Source: a virus (taxonomy: Duplodnaviria; Caudoviricetes). Taken from it: a DNA stretch of 60,805 nucleotides. The stretch covers positions 1 through 60,805 of the IMG/VR virus record IMGVR_UViG_3300025087_000067; one strand, given 5' to 3'. Position numbers and translations under genes: made by a program. Below, one piece after another: positions 29,043 through 38,334 of the stretch. Below the pieces are notes generated by a model, which was given only the letters and a program-made list of their open reading frames with translations, was not told the DNA's origin and did not search any database. The number at the start of each line of letters is the position of its first letter. Positions within the stretch are counted from its first letter, which is position 1.

Positions 29043-31834
29043 CCAATCGAACCATAATTTTATTTGTTTTTACAATTTTATTTGCATTAGCCACGCTGGT
29101 GCATGAGGTCTCAGCCGCTCCCGTCCTGCTCGAATCCCAAACGATCAACAACGGCGATGGCACAAAAACTTTTATGACCAGATCTGGCGGATGGTGGCGC
29201 GATGATTCCGGTGCTATCCATGAGACCGTGAGCGAGTTAATAGCAAGCGACGGCGTGTGGGACATTGAGAACATCAGTGCCCCGCACAAAGTCTTTGCGG
29301 CCACGGACGAACCGCGTTGGCGAGTCGATCCCCCGGCAGGTGAAGCCGCTGGGATGGAGATCGCATTCAGCACTGTATCACTCTATTTATTCGACGAGGT
29401 CAATGGCGATGTCGAGAAAACAATCCCATGGACGAGAGCCGGATTGGCCACTACCTACGACGGGACAACCATTAACTATCCTCTGTTTGCAGATACCAAC
29501 TTGTATGTCCTTTCGACTCCCGAAGGATATAAAACAAACTTCTTTGTTGGAGCACCATCCGCAATTCCATCTCCAACCAGCGCAGAGTACTTTGGACCTG
29601 CTGTAGATGTCTCAGATGTTTATTTTGCGATTCGTTACTCGGTATCGAAGTGGCCAGAATCCGCGATGCTCGTAGATGGTGAGCCGTTCGGACCTGGTTC
29701 CATCACGGATGGATATAGCGCCACATTTGGCAATGATCTCTGGATGCTGCCAACCAAAGCCTACCGAAATGTCGAAGGCTTCACTGGTGAGTCGTGGCGT
29801 GATGCAGAGGACGAATCATACGTTTACTATGTATTCGATCGACTGGCTCAAGAGATTCTTGTCCTCGCGCCCTACACGCTGTTTGTAGGCGCTCAGAATG
29901 TAGTCATTGATCCAACGACCTGGACCAGTGGGCAGACGAGCGCTGATGATATGAATGCCTTGAATAGCAACACCACCACGACAAATTACGGAACAGGGGC
30001 TTGGTATGTTGGGTACAATGCATCGGGGCATGAGTGGATAGGGTTGTGTAGATTTTCATCTGTCCCAACGCATTCATACGTTGAGGATGTATCGGCAACA
30101 TTGATATTGAAATATCTAAGTCAGGCTGATACCAGTACGCCTAGTTATCGGTTGAATAGATTGTTGAGGGATTGGTCAGAAACCACATCGACCTGGAACA
30201 TCTATTCAACAGGTAATAACTGGGGTACGGCTGGAGCAAAAAATTCAACGACAGATTATGATGGTGCGGTTTCTAAAACAGGTACGTTTGGAAATGCCAC
30301 GAACTTTGAATTATCAGATGATGCTACGTTCAATGGAATTGTAGAGGGGTGGTTAAATGGGACATACACCAATAATGGATTTGTTATGGCAAACACGTCT
30401 GGTGGCACGAATAATTACAAGAATTTTGGGGCCGACGATGACGCAACATCAACGAATCGCCCTTATTTATCAATCACGTATCGGCGTGGTGCGGGCCTTG
30501 CACAATTTCCTGCCTCAACCAATTTGGACGTTGTAGGAGGATCGCTTGGTTGCAGCATCGTGCTCGATAGTACAACCACTTATTATACTGTTGCCGAAAT
30601 TGCCGATAATGTTTCGGCAACAGTCATAGCATACGATGGTACAGAGTCTCTGGTTGGGGATGGCGCCGATGCGGATTATGCATGGACGGGGCAGTTTGAG
30701 GCAGCGACGATTGCATCAGGCACACAGTATTTTTTGGTCTCCGATATTACGATCAGTGACATTGTATCAGTAGTGCTATCGAACGTTGGTGATATCACAG
30801 AGGACCGTATGTTTGCTATTTCACCAGGTGGCGGGGGCGCAGTCGATCTATCTACGGTAGCTAAAACAACGGAACTAACCGCGGTGCACGATGCGATCCA
30901 ATCCGTCACCACTGATGGCACGTGGGGACTGCCGGCAATCGCTACCCTGGTAGGCAACGCCAGCACGGCGCTAACAGACTGGACTCGATACCAACCGCAG
31001 TCAACTAAGTATCCAATCGTGTGCTATCCCACTGATACCGACATCGGCACGCTGTTTGTGCCCGAGGGCGTGTACTTGCAAGAGGACGCAAGCCTGGAAC
31101 TGCTCGCCTCATTCTCCGCCGATGCCGCTACGCCGGATATGGAAATCAGTGTCAGGAACGATGCGGGAAACGCATTAATTTCATTCAATGCCCGTGATGC
31201 CTATCACGCCGGATCGTGGTCATTCAGCCGTGAGTCCCTGGCGCAGATCGACTCGACGACGCGCTACATCCTGAGAATGCGTTACGAGATTCCATCATCG
31301 GCCTTGACCGCCAGCGGGACCGGAGCCCTGCACGTGATTGGGACGTACCGGAATCCGATGTACGGGACACAGCCGATCAACAACACGGTAGCGATGTACT
31401 CGAAGCAGCTGGAGGGTTCGGAACTCGATGCGGTCCAGGCCTCCATTACCGCCGTCGATGTATCCCTGGCTAGCCTGGATACCGAGATCAATAAGATTAA
31501 CCCGTCGAGCTCGGTAATTTATATGGCGTCCGGTGTGGAGATTCGCGGCGCGACCTGGACGGGTACGCGCTACGAAGCCGCACCGGGGTACTGCAACGTG
31601 GTTACCGGGTGTCCTGCGGTGATCCAGAAGACTTTGGACGATGGTACAAAATGGAATCTGTTCCTGCACTATGAGGAAACGAACCTGAACGTCCCGGTCC
31701 CCGTGGCGTTCGTGGAGGATGGGGCCTGGACGGTGAGCGCCGGAAAAGTTACGGCGGCCAATGCGACCGATGCCGTCCGGGCGACGGGGCAATCGGAAGA
31801 CGTGCTCTGGTACACGGAAGTGAGCGGATTCTAA
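29039..31834 (+). CDS. large exported protein with a DNRLRE (CBM96-like) domain
   Basis: signal peptide ending VSA|AP; 'TTNYGT...RFS...SATL.L...RLLRDWSETTSTWN...WGTAGA...NNGF...NRPYLSITY'. Confidence 0.75.
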   Translation: MTNRTIILFVFTILFALATLVHEVSAAPVLLESQTINNGDGTKTFMTRSGGWWRDDSGAIHETVSELIASDGVWDIENISAPHKVFAATDEPRWRVDPPAGEAAGMEIAFSTVSLYLFDEVNGDVEKTIPWTRAGLATTYDGTTINYPLFADTNLYVLSTPEGYKTNFFVGAPSAIPSPTSAEYFGPAVDVSDVYFAIRYSVSKWPESAMLVDGEPFGPGSITDGYSATFGNDLWMLPTKAYRNVEGFTGESWRDAEDESYVYYVFDRLAQEILVLAPYTLFVGAQNVVIDPTTWTSGQTSADDMNALNSNTTTTNYGTGAWYVGYNASGHEWIGLCRFSSVPTHSYVEDVSATLILKYLSQADTSTPSYRLNRLLRDWSETTSTWNIYSTGNNWGTAGAKNSTTDYDGAVSKTGTFGNATNFELSDDATFNGIVEGWLNGTYTNNGFVMANTSGGTNNYKNFGADDDATSTNRPYLSITYRRGAGLAQFPASTNLDVVGGSLGCSIVLDSTTTYYTVAEIADNVSATVIAYDGTESLVGDGADADYAWTGQFEAATIASGTQYFLVSDITISDIVSVVLSNVGDITEDRMFAISPGGGGAVDLSTVAKTTELTAVHDAIQSVTTDGTWGLPAIATLVGNASTALTDWTRYQPQSTKYPIVCYPTDTDIGTLFVPEGVYLQEDASLELLASFSADAATPDMEISVRNDAGNALISFNARDAYHAGSWSFSRESLAQIDSTTRYILRMRYEIPSSALTASGTGALHVIGTYRNPMYGTQPINNTVAMYSKQLEGSELDAVQASITAVDVSLASLDTEINKINPSSSVIYMASGVEIRGATWTGTRYEAAPGYCNVVTGCPAVIQKTLDDGTKWNLFLHYEETNLNVPVPVAFVEDGAWTVSAGKVTAANATDAVRATGQSEDVLWYTEVSGF

Positions 31835-31846
31835 TCCCGCATGTGA

Positions 31847-32152
31847 ATGGATAAGAAAATGAATGCTGTGGGAAACCGTCGGTCTACGGATAAAAGCGGT
31901 TCAATGATCCGCGAGTGGATCAAAGTGCTGTGGCCGATTATTCTCGTCGGAGCGGCAGCCTATCACTGGATGGGCAGTACCGAGGAACGCCTGACAAATA
32001 TCGGGTTACAGGTCAACGATATCAGTAAACGGCAGATCGAGTTCCTGACCAGTATCGAGCGCTTGAAGACCGATGTCGAGTACCTGAAGAACGATACGGT
32101 ACGGCGTGGAGAGAAATCTGAATTTCAAGCGGATATATCTCCGAAAGGGTAA
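31847..32152 (+). CDS. single-TM coiled-coil protein
   Basis: 'RRSTD' then TM 'VLWPIILVGAAAYHWM' then coiled coil. Confidence 0.6.
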   Translation: MDKKMNAVGNRRSTDKSGSMIREWIKVLWPIILVGAAAYHWMGSTEERLTNIGLQVNDISKRQIEFLTSIERLKTDVEYLKNDTVRRGEKSEFQADISPKG

Positions 32153-32634
32153 TGGTAATGAAACAGAGCGTCGCGCTTATCGGCATTCTCGGGTTTGCGG
32201 TCTTCTTGATTGCGGCCAACGAGCAGGTCGAGGCACAGTGGAAAAAGCTCTTCTGGTCGGTCGATGGCAATCTCGGCGGGTACGGTGGGCTTCGCGAAGG
32301 GCGGGACGATATTGACTACAACTTCGGCGGGGATGCCGTGCCGTATTTCAAAGCCTATCAGTTTGGCGAAGTTGAGTCCTCGACGGATGCCATTCAATCC
32401 GCGAGTTTGGAGACGCCGATACTGTTCGTGCCATCCGATTCATTCATCGGATCGGCGACCCCCGATTTCTGCAACCAGTTCGGTCTCTCGGCGGTGGTGA
32501 CGGCCTCCACGACGGACCCGGTGGATATCGAGTCCTGGCCTACGGTGCCGCCGCGCCTGGTGCTCCTGGTCCCTGGAGACGAACCGGCTTACTATCTGGT
32601 GTCGTGCGTCACGGAATACGAGGTGGGGCTGTAA
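32152..32634 (+). CDS. exported hypothetical protein
   Basis: MKQSVALIGILGFAVFLIAANEQVEA|QW. Confidence 0.6.
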   Translation: MVMKQSVALIGILGFAVFLIAANEQVEAQWKKLFWSVDGNLGGYGGLREGRDDIDYNFGGDAVPYFKAYQFGEVESSTDAIQSASLETPILFVPSDSFIGSATPDFCNQFGLSAVVTASTTDPVDIESWPTVPPRLVLLVPGDEPAYYLVSCVTEYEVGL

Positions 32635-32783
32635 TGGACGCAGTTCCGGCGGACGAGCGGCTACAGGATATCCGCGACCTTGCGGTTGAGGTCGAAACCG
32701 AAGTGCGCGAACCGGATGCGCCGATCCCGCCTCCCGATGATGGGCCAGCCGAGACCGTCCCGCCTAACCCGGTATCCCCATGA
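32634..32783 (+). CDS. 49-aa acidic Pro-rich ORF (below ORF-track cutoff)
   Basis: TAATG overlap with upstream stop and ATGA overlap with downstream start; MDAVPADERLQDIRDLAVEVE... Confidence 0.45.
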   Translation: MDAVPADERLQDIRDLAVEVETEVREPDAPIPPPDDGPAETVPPNPVSP

Positions 32784-34522
32784 AACGCTGGCTAACCGCA
32801 TTCATATTACTTATCCCGGTTTATAGTCATGCAACTGATCCCAATGCAACGATCCTGGGATGGTATTGGTCTGATGGCGGAGAGATGGAGGCAGGTTATG
32901 TGAATGACCACATGACTCCTGCCGACCCCAACTCGTGGCATTCATTAACAGATTTTACCCCACTAACCACATGTACATTTGACTATGATTCGGCTCACGC
33001 TGCTGGAGATTATGTTTATGACTCTCCATTACCTGGTGGAGTGCAATACATTGGCGCAATTATAATCGCCCAAGTTTCTGTTTCGATATTCCCTGACCCA
33101 GGCGCAACATTCCGCAACATCCAGATATTTGAAGATATGTCTATTGGAGCGGCTACAAGTTGCGTGACGATAACCACATTCGGGGAATTGGAATACAATG
33201 ATTGGGAGATTGATAGTATTGGTGGAAGAACAGGATCAGGGTTAGGGGACTTTATATTCTACGTTGCTGTCCCAACCTATGAAAATGATGCGTCTATAGC
33301 CTTGGCGGCTTCTGTCTTCATCTCCATCCACTATACAGGATATGCCGGGGGGGATTTTGATCGAACGATTTACGCCGGATCATGGTCGCCAGTCGTTCGG
33401 TTCGACGATGTAACTCCTGAGCCTCCAGCAAACACACCTACTCCAACACAGACCGTTACTCCGACGCCGACCCTCACGCCGACGAGAACCCCGACGCCGA
33501 CCAATACCCCGTACCCGCAGCTCGATACGCCGATAGTGGGAGTTGCCGGAAACCTCAACGTGGATATATTAAAAAATGCCAGTGTTCATTACGACACAAC
33601 ACAGTACGGATTTGTTCAGTTTGCCTATTATGTTTCGACTGATGGAGGATATACTTACGGTTCGCCTTCATACACAACGTTAACATCATTTACGCTCGGA
33701 CCATATTGGGGCGGTTCTATTTGTGTAAAAGTCATCGCAAAGACAAGCGCGAGTTTCCCTGTTTTTGATAGCGATCCTGGCGTGGGGTGCATGACAGTCA
33801 ATACGCCGACCCCGACCTCAACTCCTACCTCCACCAACACCCCGACTTCAACCTCGACTGCGACGAATACCCCGACCTCGACTTTGACGCCAACTCCAAC
33901 TCCTACCGTTCCGCCGATCTATACCCCGACGTGGACACCCACCAGCACGAGCACCCCAACTTCAACGAGCACGTCAACTCCGACCTCGACGAGCACCCCA
34001 ACTTCGACGAGCACGGACACTCCGACCTCGACCAGCACCAACACTCCGACCTCGACCAGCACCAGTACCCTGACTCCGACGCCAACCCCAACGCTCGCGC
34101 CGGGCGCGGATACCCCGACTCCGACTCCGACCTCAACAGTCACGCCAACCAGTACCAGCACCTCAACCCCCACTTCGACTTCAACACCAACGAACACCAG
34201 CACCAGTACCAACACCCCGACCTCCACCAGCACGAGCACGAATACCCCGACCAATACCCTGACTCCGACTCCAACAAACACCCCCGTGGTCATAAACACT
34301 CCCACGAACACGCCCGTGGCGACCTCAACCCCGACCATGACCTCGACCCCGACAAGCACGTCAACGCCCACTTCGACATTGACTCCAACCCCAACCTCAA
34401 CGGGGACGCCTCTGCCGACCTCCACGCCAATCCGCGAAGTATTCGGCTATATTGTTAAGAAGGTCACGGATACCTGGTGGTTATACAAAGTCGAGGGATA
34501 CCGACCGACGCCAACGCCGTAA
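32780..34522 (+). CDS. exported Thr/Pro-rich mucin-like protein
   Basis: MKRWLTAFILLIPVYSHA|TD; two globular segments; ~210 aa of (TP/TS/TN)n. Confidence 0.8.
   Translation: MKRWLTAFILLIPVYSHATDPNATILGWYWSDGGEMEAGYVNDHMTPADPNSWHSLTDFTPLTTCTFDYDSAHAAGDYVYDSPLPGGVQYIGAIIIAQVSVSIFPDPGATFRNIQIFEDMSIGAATSCVTITTFGELEYNDWEIDSIGGRTGSGLGDFIFYVAVPTYENDASIALAASVFISIHYTGYAGGDFDRTIYAGSWSPVVRFDDVTPEPPANTPTPTQTVTPTPTLTPTRTPTPTNTPYPQLDTPIVGVAGNLNVDILKNASVHYDTTQYGFVQFAYYVSTDGGYTYGSPSYTTLTSFTLGPYWGGSICVKVIAKTSASFPVFDSDPGVGCMTVNTPTPTSTPTSTNTPTSTSTATNTPTSTLTPTPTPTVPPIYTPTWTPTSTSTPTSTSTSTPTSTSTPTSTSTDTPTSTSTNTPTSTSTSTLTPTPTPTLAPGADTPTPTPTSTVTPTSTSTSTPTSTSTPTNTSTSTNTPTSTSTSTNTPTNTLTPTPTNTPVVINTPTNTPVATSTPTMTSTPTSTSTPTSTLTPTPTSTGTPLPTSTPIREVFGYIVKKVTDTWWLYKVEGYRPTPTP
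33799..34430 (+). repeat. degenerate Thr-X coding repeat
   Basis: hexanucleotide-period ACN-CCN/TCN repeats encoding TPTSTSTPT... Confidence 0.85.
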
Positions 34523-34537
34523 TCGGGAAAGCAGAAT

Positions 34538-34858
34538 ATGATGGATGAACGCGGTACAGGGAGCAAGGAAATTGAATTTGGCAAGTTACTTCAGAAGGTC
34601 GATACGATTGGAGATTCCATCGACGATATCTGGTCAAGCCTTAAATCGTATCACTGTGAGTTTCACGCGGGCCTCGACGCCATGGACAAGCGGCGTTTCG
34701 ACGGAGATGAGAAATTGAATAACGAGATTGAGAAAATTAAAACCGAGATGTGGATTCAAAAACTATCGTTGGGTAAAATCATCGGGATACTGATCGCGGT
34801 ACAATCCGTACTTTTGATCGCTATCCAACTCTGGTTAGGCGGGAAGATCAATGTCTGA
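34538..34858 (+). CDS. coiled-coil protein with C-terminal TM (lysis-associated?)
   Basis: TM 'IIGILIAVQSVLLIAIQLWL'; overlaps the endolysin start. Confidence 0.6.
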   Translation: MMDERGTGSKEIEFGKLLQKVDTIGDSIDDIWSSLKSYHCEFHAGLDAMDKRRFDGDEKLNNEIEKIKTEMWIQKLSLGKIIGILIAVQSVLLIAIQLWLGGKINV

Positions 34859-35402
34859 TTCGATCCAGGGAATGATAGCGGCTCTGATCGAGCGGGAAGG
34901 TGGGTTCTCGAACCACCGGGCCGACAAAGGCGGTCCCACGAAATACGGGATCACTCAGCGGACGCTCAGTATCTATCTGAAACGCCCGGTATCGATTGAT
35001 GAGGTCCGGGGCCTCACAAAAGAAAAAGCCGCTGAAATCTACGAACGATTCTATTACCTCGATCCGCATATTGACTTACTGCCACCGGGCTTCCAAGCAC
35101 AGGTGATGGACATGGCCGTGAACCACGGCGCTCCGGATGGAATTCGATACTTCCAGCAGTTCCTAAATACATTCGGCAGCGGATTGAAGGCGGATGGGAT
35201 CATTGGGCCGAAGACCGCAAAGGCTTGTGCGGTGGTTATCAAGCAACTCGGCAAGATCGAGGCAAACAACAGGCTCGCCGAATTCAGACAAGGTGTTTAC
35301 CTCGGAATCGTCGAAAACGATCCAACCCAGATCGGTTTCAGGAACGGGTGGTTGAAACGAGCCAAGGAATTCATCACCCAGGAAGAAGAGGTCTTTGCAT
35401 GA
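34851..35402 (+). CDS. endolysin, glycoside hydrolase family 108 with C-terminal PG-binding domain
   Basis: 'EREGGFSNHRADKGGPTKYGIT', 'DMAVNHG', 'DGIIGPKT', 'FRNGWLKR'. Confidence 0.93.
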   Translation: MSDSIQGMIAALIEREGGFSNHRADKGGPTKYGITQRTLSIYLKRPVSIDEVRGLTKEKAAEIYERFYYLDPHIDLLPPGFQAQVMDMAVNHGAPDGIRYFQQFLNTFGSGLKADGIIGPKTAKACAVVIKQLGKIEANNRLAEFRQGVYLGIVENDPTQIGFRNGWLKRAKEFITQEEEVFA

Positions 35403-36496
35403 GCGTCTCCTGGTACACGGATCGCCGGGCACAGCTCTATAAGCGGCGAAACGAATACATTGCGAGCCTGGCTCAGTGCCAGTCCCGGTACCTGGATATC
35501 CTGCAAAGCATTGGGCTCCCACCTCTGATCGAGCGCTACGGGAAAGATTCGACGTTTCAGACCAACGGCTGGGTATCGCCATGCCCCCGCCTGTTTATTA
35601 AAACTCACGCTCCGATAGGGGTGCAGGACTCGAACCTGGTTTCGGCACACCTGATATACGCCCAGGAAGTCGAGGGTGTGAACGACCATAACCGGAATAC
35701 ACTCAGGATTCTGAAGTCCGGGGACATCTATCAACCCGGATACGGGTTGTTCTGGGCGGGGATCGCCCCATATATGCCAGTCCAGGTTCTGCCGTTCCCC
35801 GTGGACCAGGATGGAGACCTTGCGTTCAATGAGCAGCCTCTAGCGGGCTCCTGGCAGCATATTGCGGAGCGGATCGGACACCCTGGGTATCCAATCAGGC
35901 CCGGAGACGTGATCTGTGCGGAATCCGTCACGGCTCTATTGCGGAAACCTGGCGCGTCAATCTCGTATCCCCCGTGGGTTGAGGGACCCCAGGACGCAGG
36001 AGATGAACAGGCGTTCATCCGGCAGATAACGGACGCCGGGGTGTTCGTGGTTCTTCCGGCGGGGAATGATTATCTATGGGAACAGCCGGATATGGAGCGG
36101 TATCGATCGTTTATCCCCGATGATTATGGGTATCAATCCAGCGGGGCACTTATCGCAACCTGTAACGGCGAGCAACTGATGTACGGTGGCAAGCCCTTTG
36201 GGTGCCGACCCTCTCACTCCCGGACCGTGACAACCCCCATGCGCTATCCCTGTGGGGCGCAAGGCTGGCTCCGGGGCCAACCCGTGGGAACTTCCTGGTG
36301 CGCGCCCCTCGTGGCCGGGACCTTGGTGATGGTCGCCCGTATCTATCAAATCACCCAAGGAACTATTCTTCCGGTCCCAGACTTGCTCCGGGCCGTGACC
36401 TCCGCCCTGACCGTGCAGGAAACCAGTTGGAAGGGCGGGCTGCATCCCGTGGGCCGCCAATGGCGACCGGATCGGATACTGGAATGGTTATTGTAA
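35399..36496 (+). CDS. subtilisin-family (S8) serine peptidase
   Basis: Asp 'IGVQDSN', His 'NDHNRNTL', 'GIAP', oxyanion 'VVLPAGN', Ser 'GTSWCAPLVAG'; ATGA-coupled to the endolysin. Confidence 0.8.
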   Translation: MSVSWYTDRRAQLYKRRNEYIASLAQCQSRYLDILQSIGLPPLIERYGKDSTFQTNGWVSPCPRLFIKTHAPIGVQDSNLVSAHLIYAQEVEGVNDHNRNTLRILKSGDIYQPGYGLFWAGIAPYMPVQVLPFPVDQDGDLAFNEQPLAGSWQHIAERIGHPGYPIRPGDVICAESVTALLRKPGASISYPPWVEGPQDAGDEQAFIRQITDAGVFVVLPAGNDYLWEQPDMERYRSFIPDDYGYQSSGALIATCNGEQLMYGGKPFGCRPSHSRTVTTPMRYPCGAQGWLRGQPVGTSWCAPLVAGTLVMVARIYQITQGTILPVPDLLRAVTSALTVQETSWKGGLHPVGRQWRPDRILEWLL

Positions 36497-36506
36497 ATAA
36501 TCGCTA

Positions 36507-36536
36507 TTGACACTCGTTTTAAAAGAGAGTTATTAT
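36507..36536 (+). promoter_or_regulatory. sigma70-type promoter upstream of the holin
   Basis: TTGACA-N18-TATTAT; overlapped by the imperfect palindrome ACTCGTTTTAAAAGAGAGT. Confidence 0.5.
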
Positions 36537-36584
36537 ATTCTCGACCAAGTTAGAGAGGCGCGTAGAGCCTCGAAGGAGAACGCA

Positions 36585-36833
36585 ATGGATGGTTGGAAAA
36601 ATACCCTGAAAAGCAAAACGGTTCTGGCGGGTATCGTCACGCTGGTCGCTAGCGTCATCGGCATCTTCTGGAAGATCGATCTGACGGAAGACTTGCAGCA
36701 AGCAATTGTCGATCAGATTGCTCTCATTATTACGGCGGTATCCGGTATCGTAGCGATTTACGGGCGCATCACCGCTAAGGCCAAACTGGGCACGCCACCG
36801 GAAACAAATTCGACCACGAACGCAACGGATTGA
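36585..36833 (+). CDS. holin (two TM)
   Basis: AAGGAG SD; 'KSKTVLAGIVTLV...AIYGRITA' holin-like pattern. Confidence 0.75.
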   Translation: MDGWKNTLKSKTVLAGIVTLVASVIGIFWKIDLTEDLQQAIVDQIALIITAVSGIVAIYGRITAKAKLGTPPETNSTTNATD

Positions 36834-36855
36834 TCTACGAAAGTTGGAACATATT

Positions 36856-37539
36856 ATGAAATTACTGACCTTCATATTAACACTTTTCCTGTGCATCCCA
36901 GCATGGCCTGATGCCGATGGGCCGGGGGTGGATACAACTAAGGCCTGGTTCCCCGGATCGGGATATAGTCTGGATGGCCTCGGCCGATTGAAAGCCGATA
37001 CCGCGCAGTCCCGCCAGAACCTCAATGTGGCACATTACGTGATTGGTAGTGCATCTTCCTACGGCATCCAGGGCTGGTTTGTTGCAACTGTGCCCGGATC
37101 AGTCACGAGTGCTACCGTCACATCGGGAGATATATTGTTTGATTTATCCCCCTACGATCTTGGAAATGACGAACGTGTAACGGTTCAAATCTACGGAGAG
37201 TCTCCTGCTGGCACGATCTTTAGCTCGACCACCGGGACAATCCCCACAATCACGGCCAAGGGGACGCCATTCAATCGGTACTATGGAGATGATGCAAATC
37301 TACCCGCTGCATTGATTGCCGACGCGACGCCTCTGAAGTGTGGAATCAGTCGCATTGATACGCACGGTCTCGCATCCCTTGTACTGAATGTCTCGGCAGC
37401 GGCAGCCTACAGCCAAGTGTATTCAACGACGAACGGGGCTTTGCTTCCAGACACACCGGAAACATTTAGTACGGCACCGGCTTACGTCCCGATGCCTGCA
37501 ACCTATCACGTCTTAATCAGCAATCCGAGGTATCCTTAA
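36856..37539 (+). CDS. exported beta-rich hypothetical protein
   Basis: MKLLTFILTLFLCIPAWP signal-like N-terminus. Confidence 0.6.
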   Translation: MKLLTFILTLFLCIPAWPDADGPGVDTTKAWFPGSGYSLDGLGRLKADTAQSRQNLNVAHYVIGSASSYGIQGWFVATVPGSVTSATVTSGDILFDLSPYDLGNDERVTVQIYGESPAGTIFSSTTGTIPTITAKGTPFNRYYGDDANLPAALIADATPLKCGISRIDTHGLASLVLNVSAAAAYSQVYSTTNGALLPDTPETFSTAPAYVPMPATYHVLISNPRYP

Positions 37540-37542
37540 AAT

Positions 37543-37773
37543 ATGGCAATAAGTACGTGGGTGGGTTTGCTAACGGTTTTAGCATCGCTTGGTGTGGCGG
37601 TATTTACATGGTGGGCCTCTCCGACGAGACGGAGAAAGGACCAAGTGTTAGATATTAGCCGCATTGAGGATGAACATGAGAAAAAACGAATTCACGTCCG
37701 GGATTTGCTGGACAAAGATAAATCAGCGTACACTCAAGAGAGGCTCAAGGGCTTCATACGGAACGATAAATAG
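37543..37773 (+). CDS. i-spanin-like membrane protein
   Basis: N-terminal TM followed by a charged helix; overlaps a lipoprotein ORF. Confidence 0.5.
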   Translation: MAISTWVGLLTVLASLGVAVFTWWASPTRRRKDQVLDISRIEDEHEKKRIHVRDLLDKDKSAYTQERLKGFIRNDK

Positions 37774-38065
37774 GCTCCTGCGTCGTCGAGGTCTATTCTC
37801 GACGTATTCTCCTATCCTATTCTGCTTGGTCGTGGCCGCACTTATCATGGGGTGCGGCCACGCCACTGTCCGGCCCGTTCTCCCCGCCTTCCCCGATCCA
37901 GCCAACGACCTGAGCGTCACACCCATTGAATCCGAACCAGGTTACTGGAGAATCCATCTCACCGATCTGGATTCTTTGGTGCGCCGGTGCCAGAATGCCG
38001 AGCGCGACCTGGCAGTGTGCCGAAAACTGCTTGAAATAAACCACATTGAGTATGGAGGAAAGTAA
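37664..38065 (+). CDS. o-spanin-like lipoprotein (start uncertain)
   Basis: hydrophobic stretch ending in lipobox-like 'ALIMGC', then a Pro-rich segment. Confidence 0.5.
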   Translation: MRMNMRKNEFTSGICWTKINQRTLKRGSRASYGTINRLLRRRGLFSTYSPILFCLVVAALIMGCGHATVRPVLPAFPDPANDLSVTPIESEPGYWRIHLTDLDSLVRRCQNAERDLAVCRKLLEINHIEYGGK

Positions 38066-38334
38066 TGAATAAAAATAACGTGTTTCTGAATTGGTTTATT
38101 CTATTCGTCGTCCTGTGTCTCATGTTTTTAACCGTGTTCTATAAGATCAATTTAATGATTAAGGATCACGAGCACCGCACCGAGAACCGCGAGAGGATTA
38201 TAATCCCCCCAGATTCAGAGCGGCTGGACTGGCTCATGGATAATATGGTGTTCAAGCAGGATGGGGGAACTAAGACTGCGAACGAATTATATGAAGAGCA
38301 TATTGCCAGCGCGACGGAAACGGAGAAGCAGTGA
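38065..38334 (+). CDS. single-TM hypothetical protein
   Basis: GGAGG SD; N-terminal TM; 'DSERLDWL'. Confidence 0.6.
   Translation: MNKNNVFLNWFILFVVLCLMFLTVFYKINLMIKDHEHRTENRERIIIPPDSERLDWLMDNMVFKQDGGTKTANELYEEHIASATETEKQ

Noticed and set aside
26163-31834. Diversity-generating retroelement or invertible tail-fibre cassette
   Set aside because: No reverse transcriptase, serine invertase or template/variable repeat pair found by eye
33787-34458. Alternative-frame and antisense ORFs (His/Asp-rich, Val/Gly-rich) over the Thr/Pro repeat; similar ones over the 18-bp array
   Set aside because: Stop-free frames are an automatic consequence of the repeat codons
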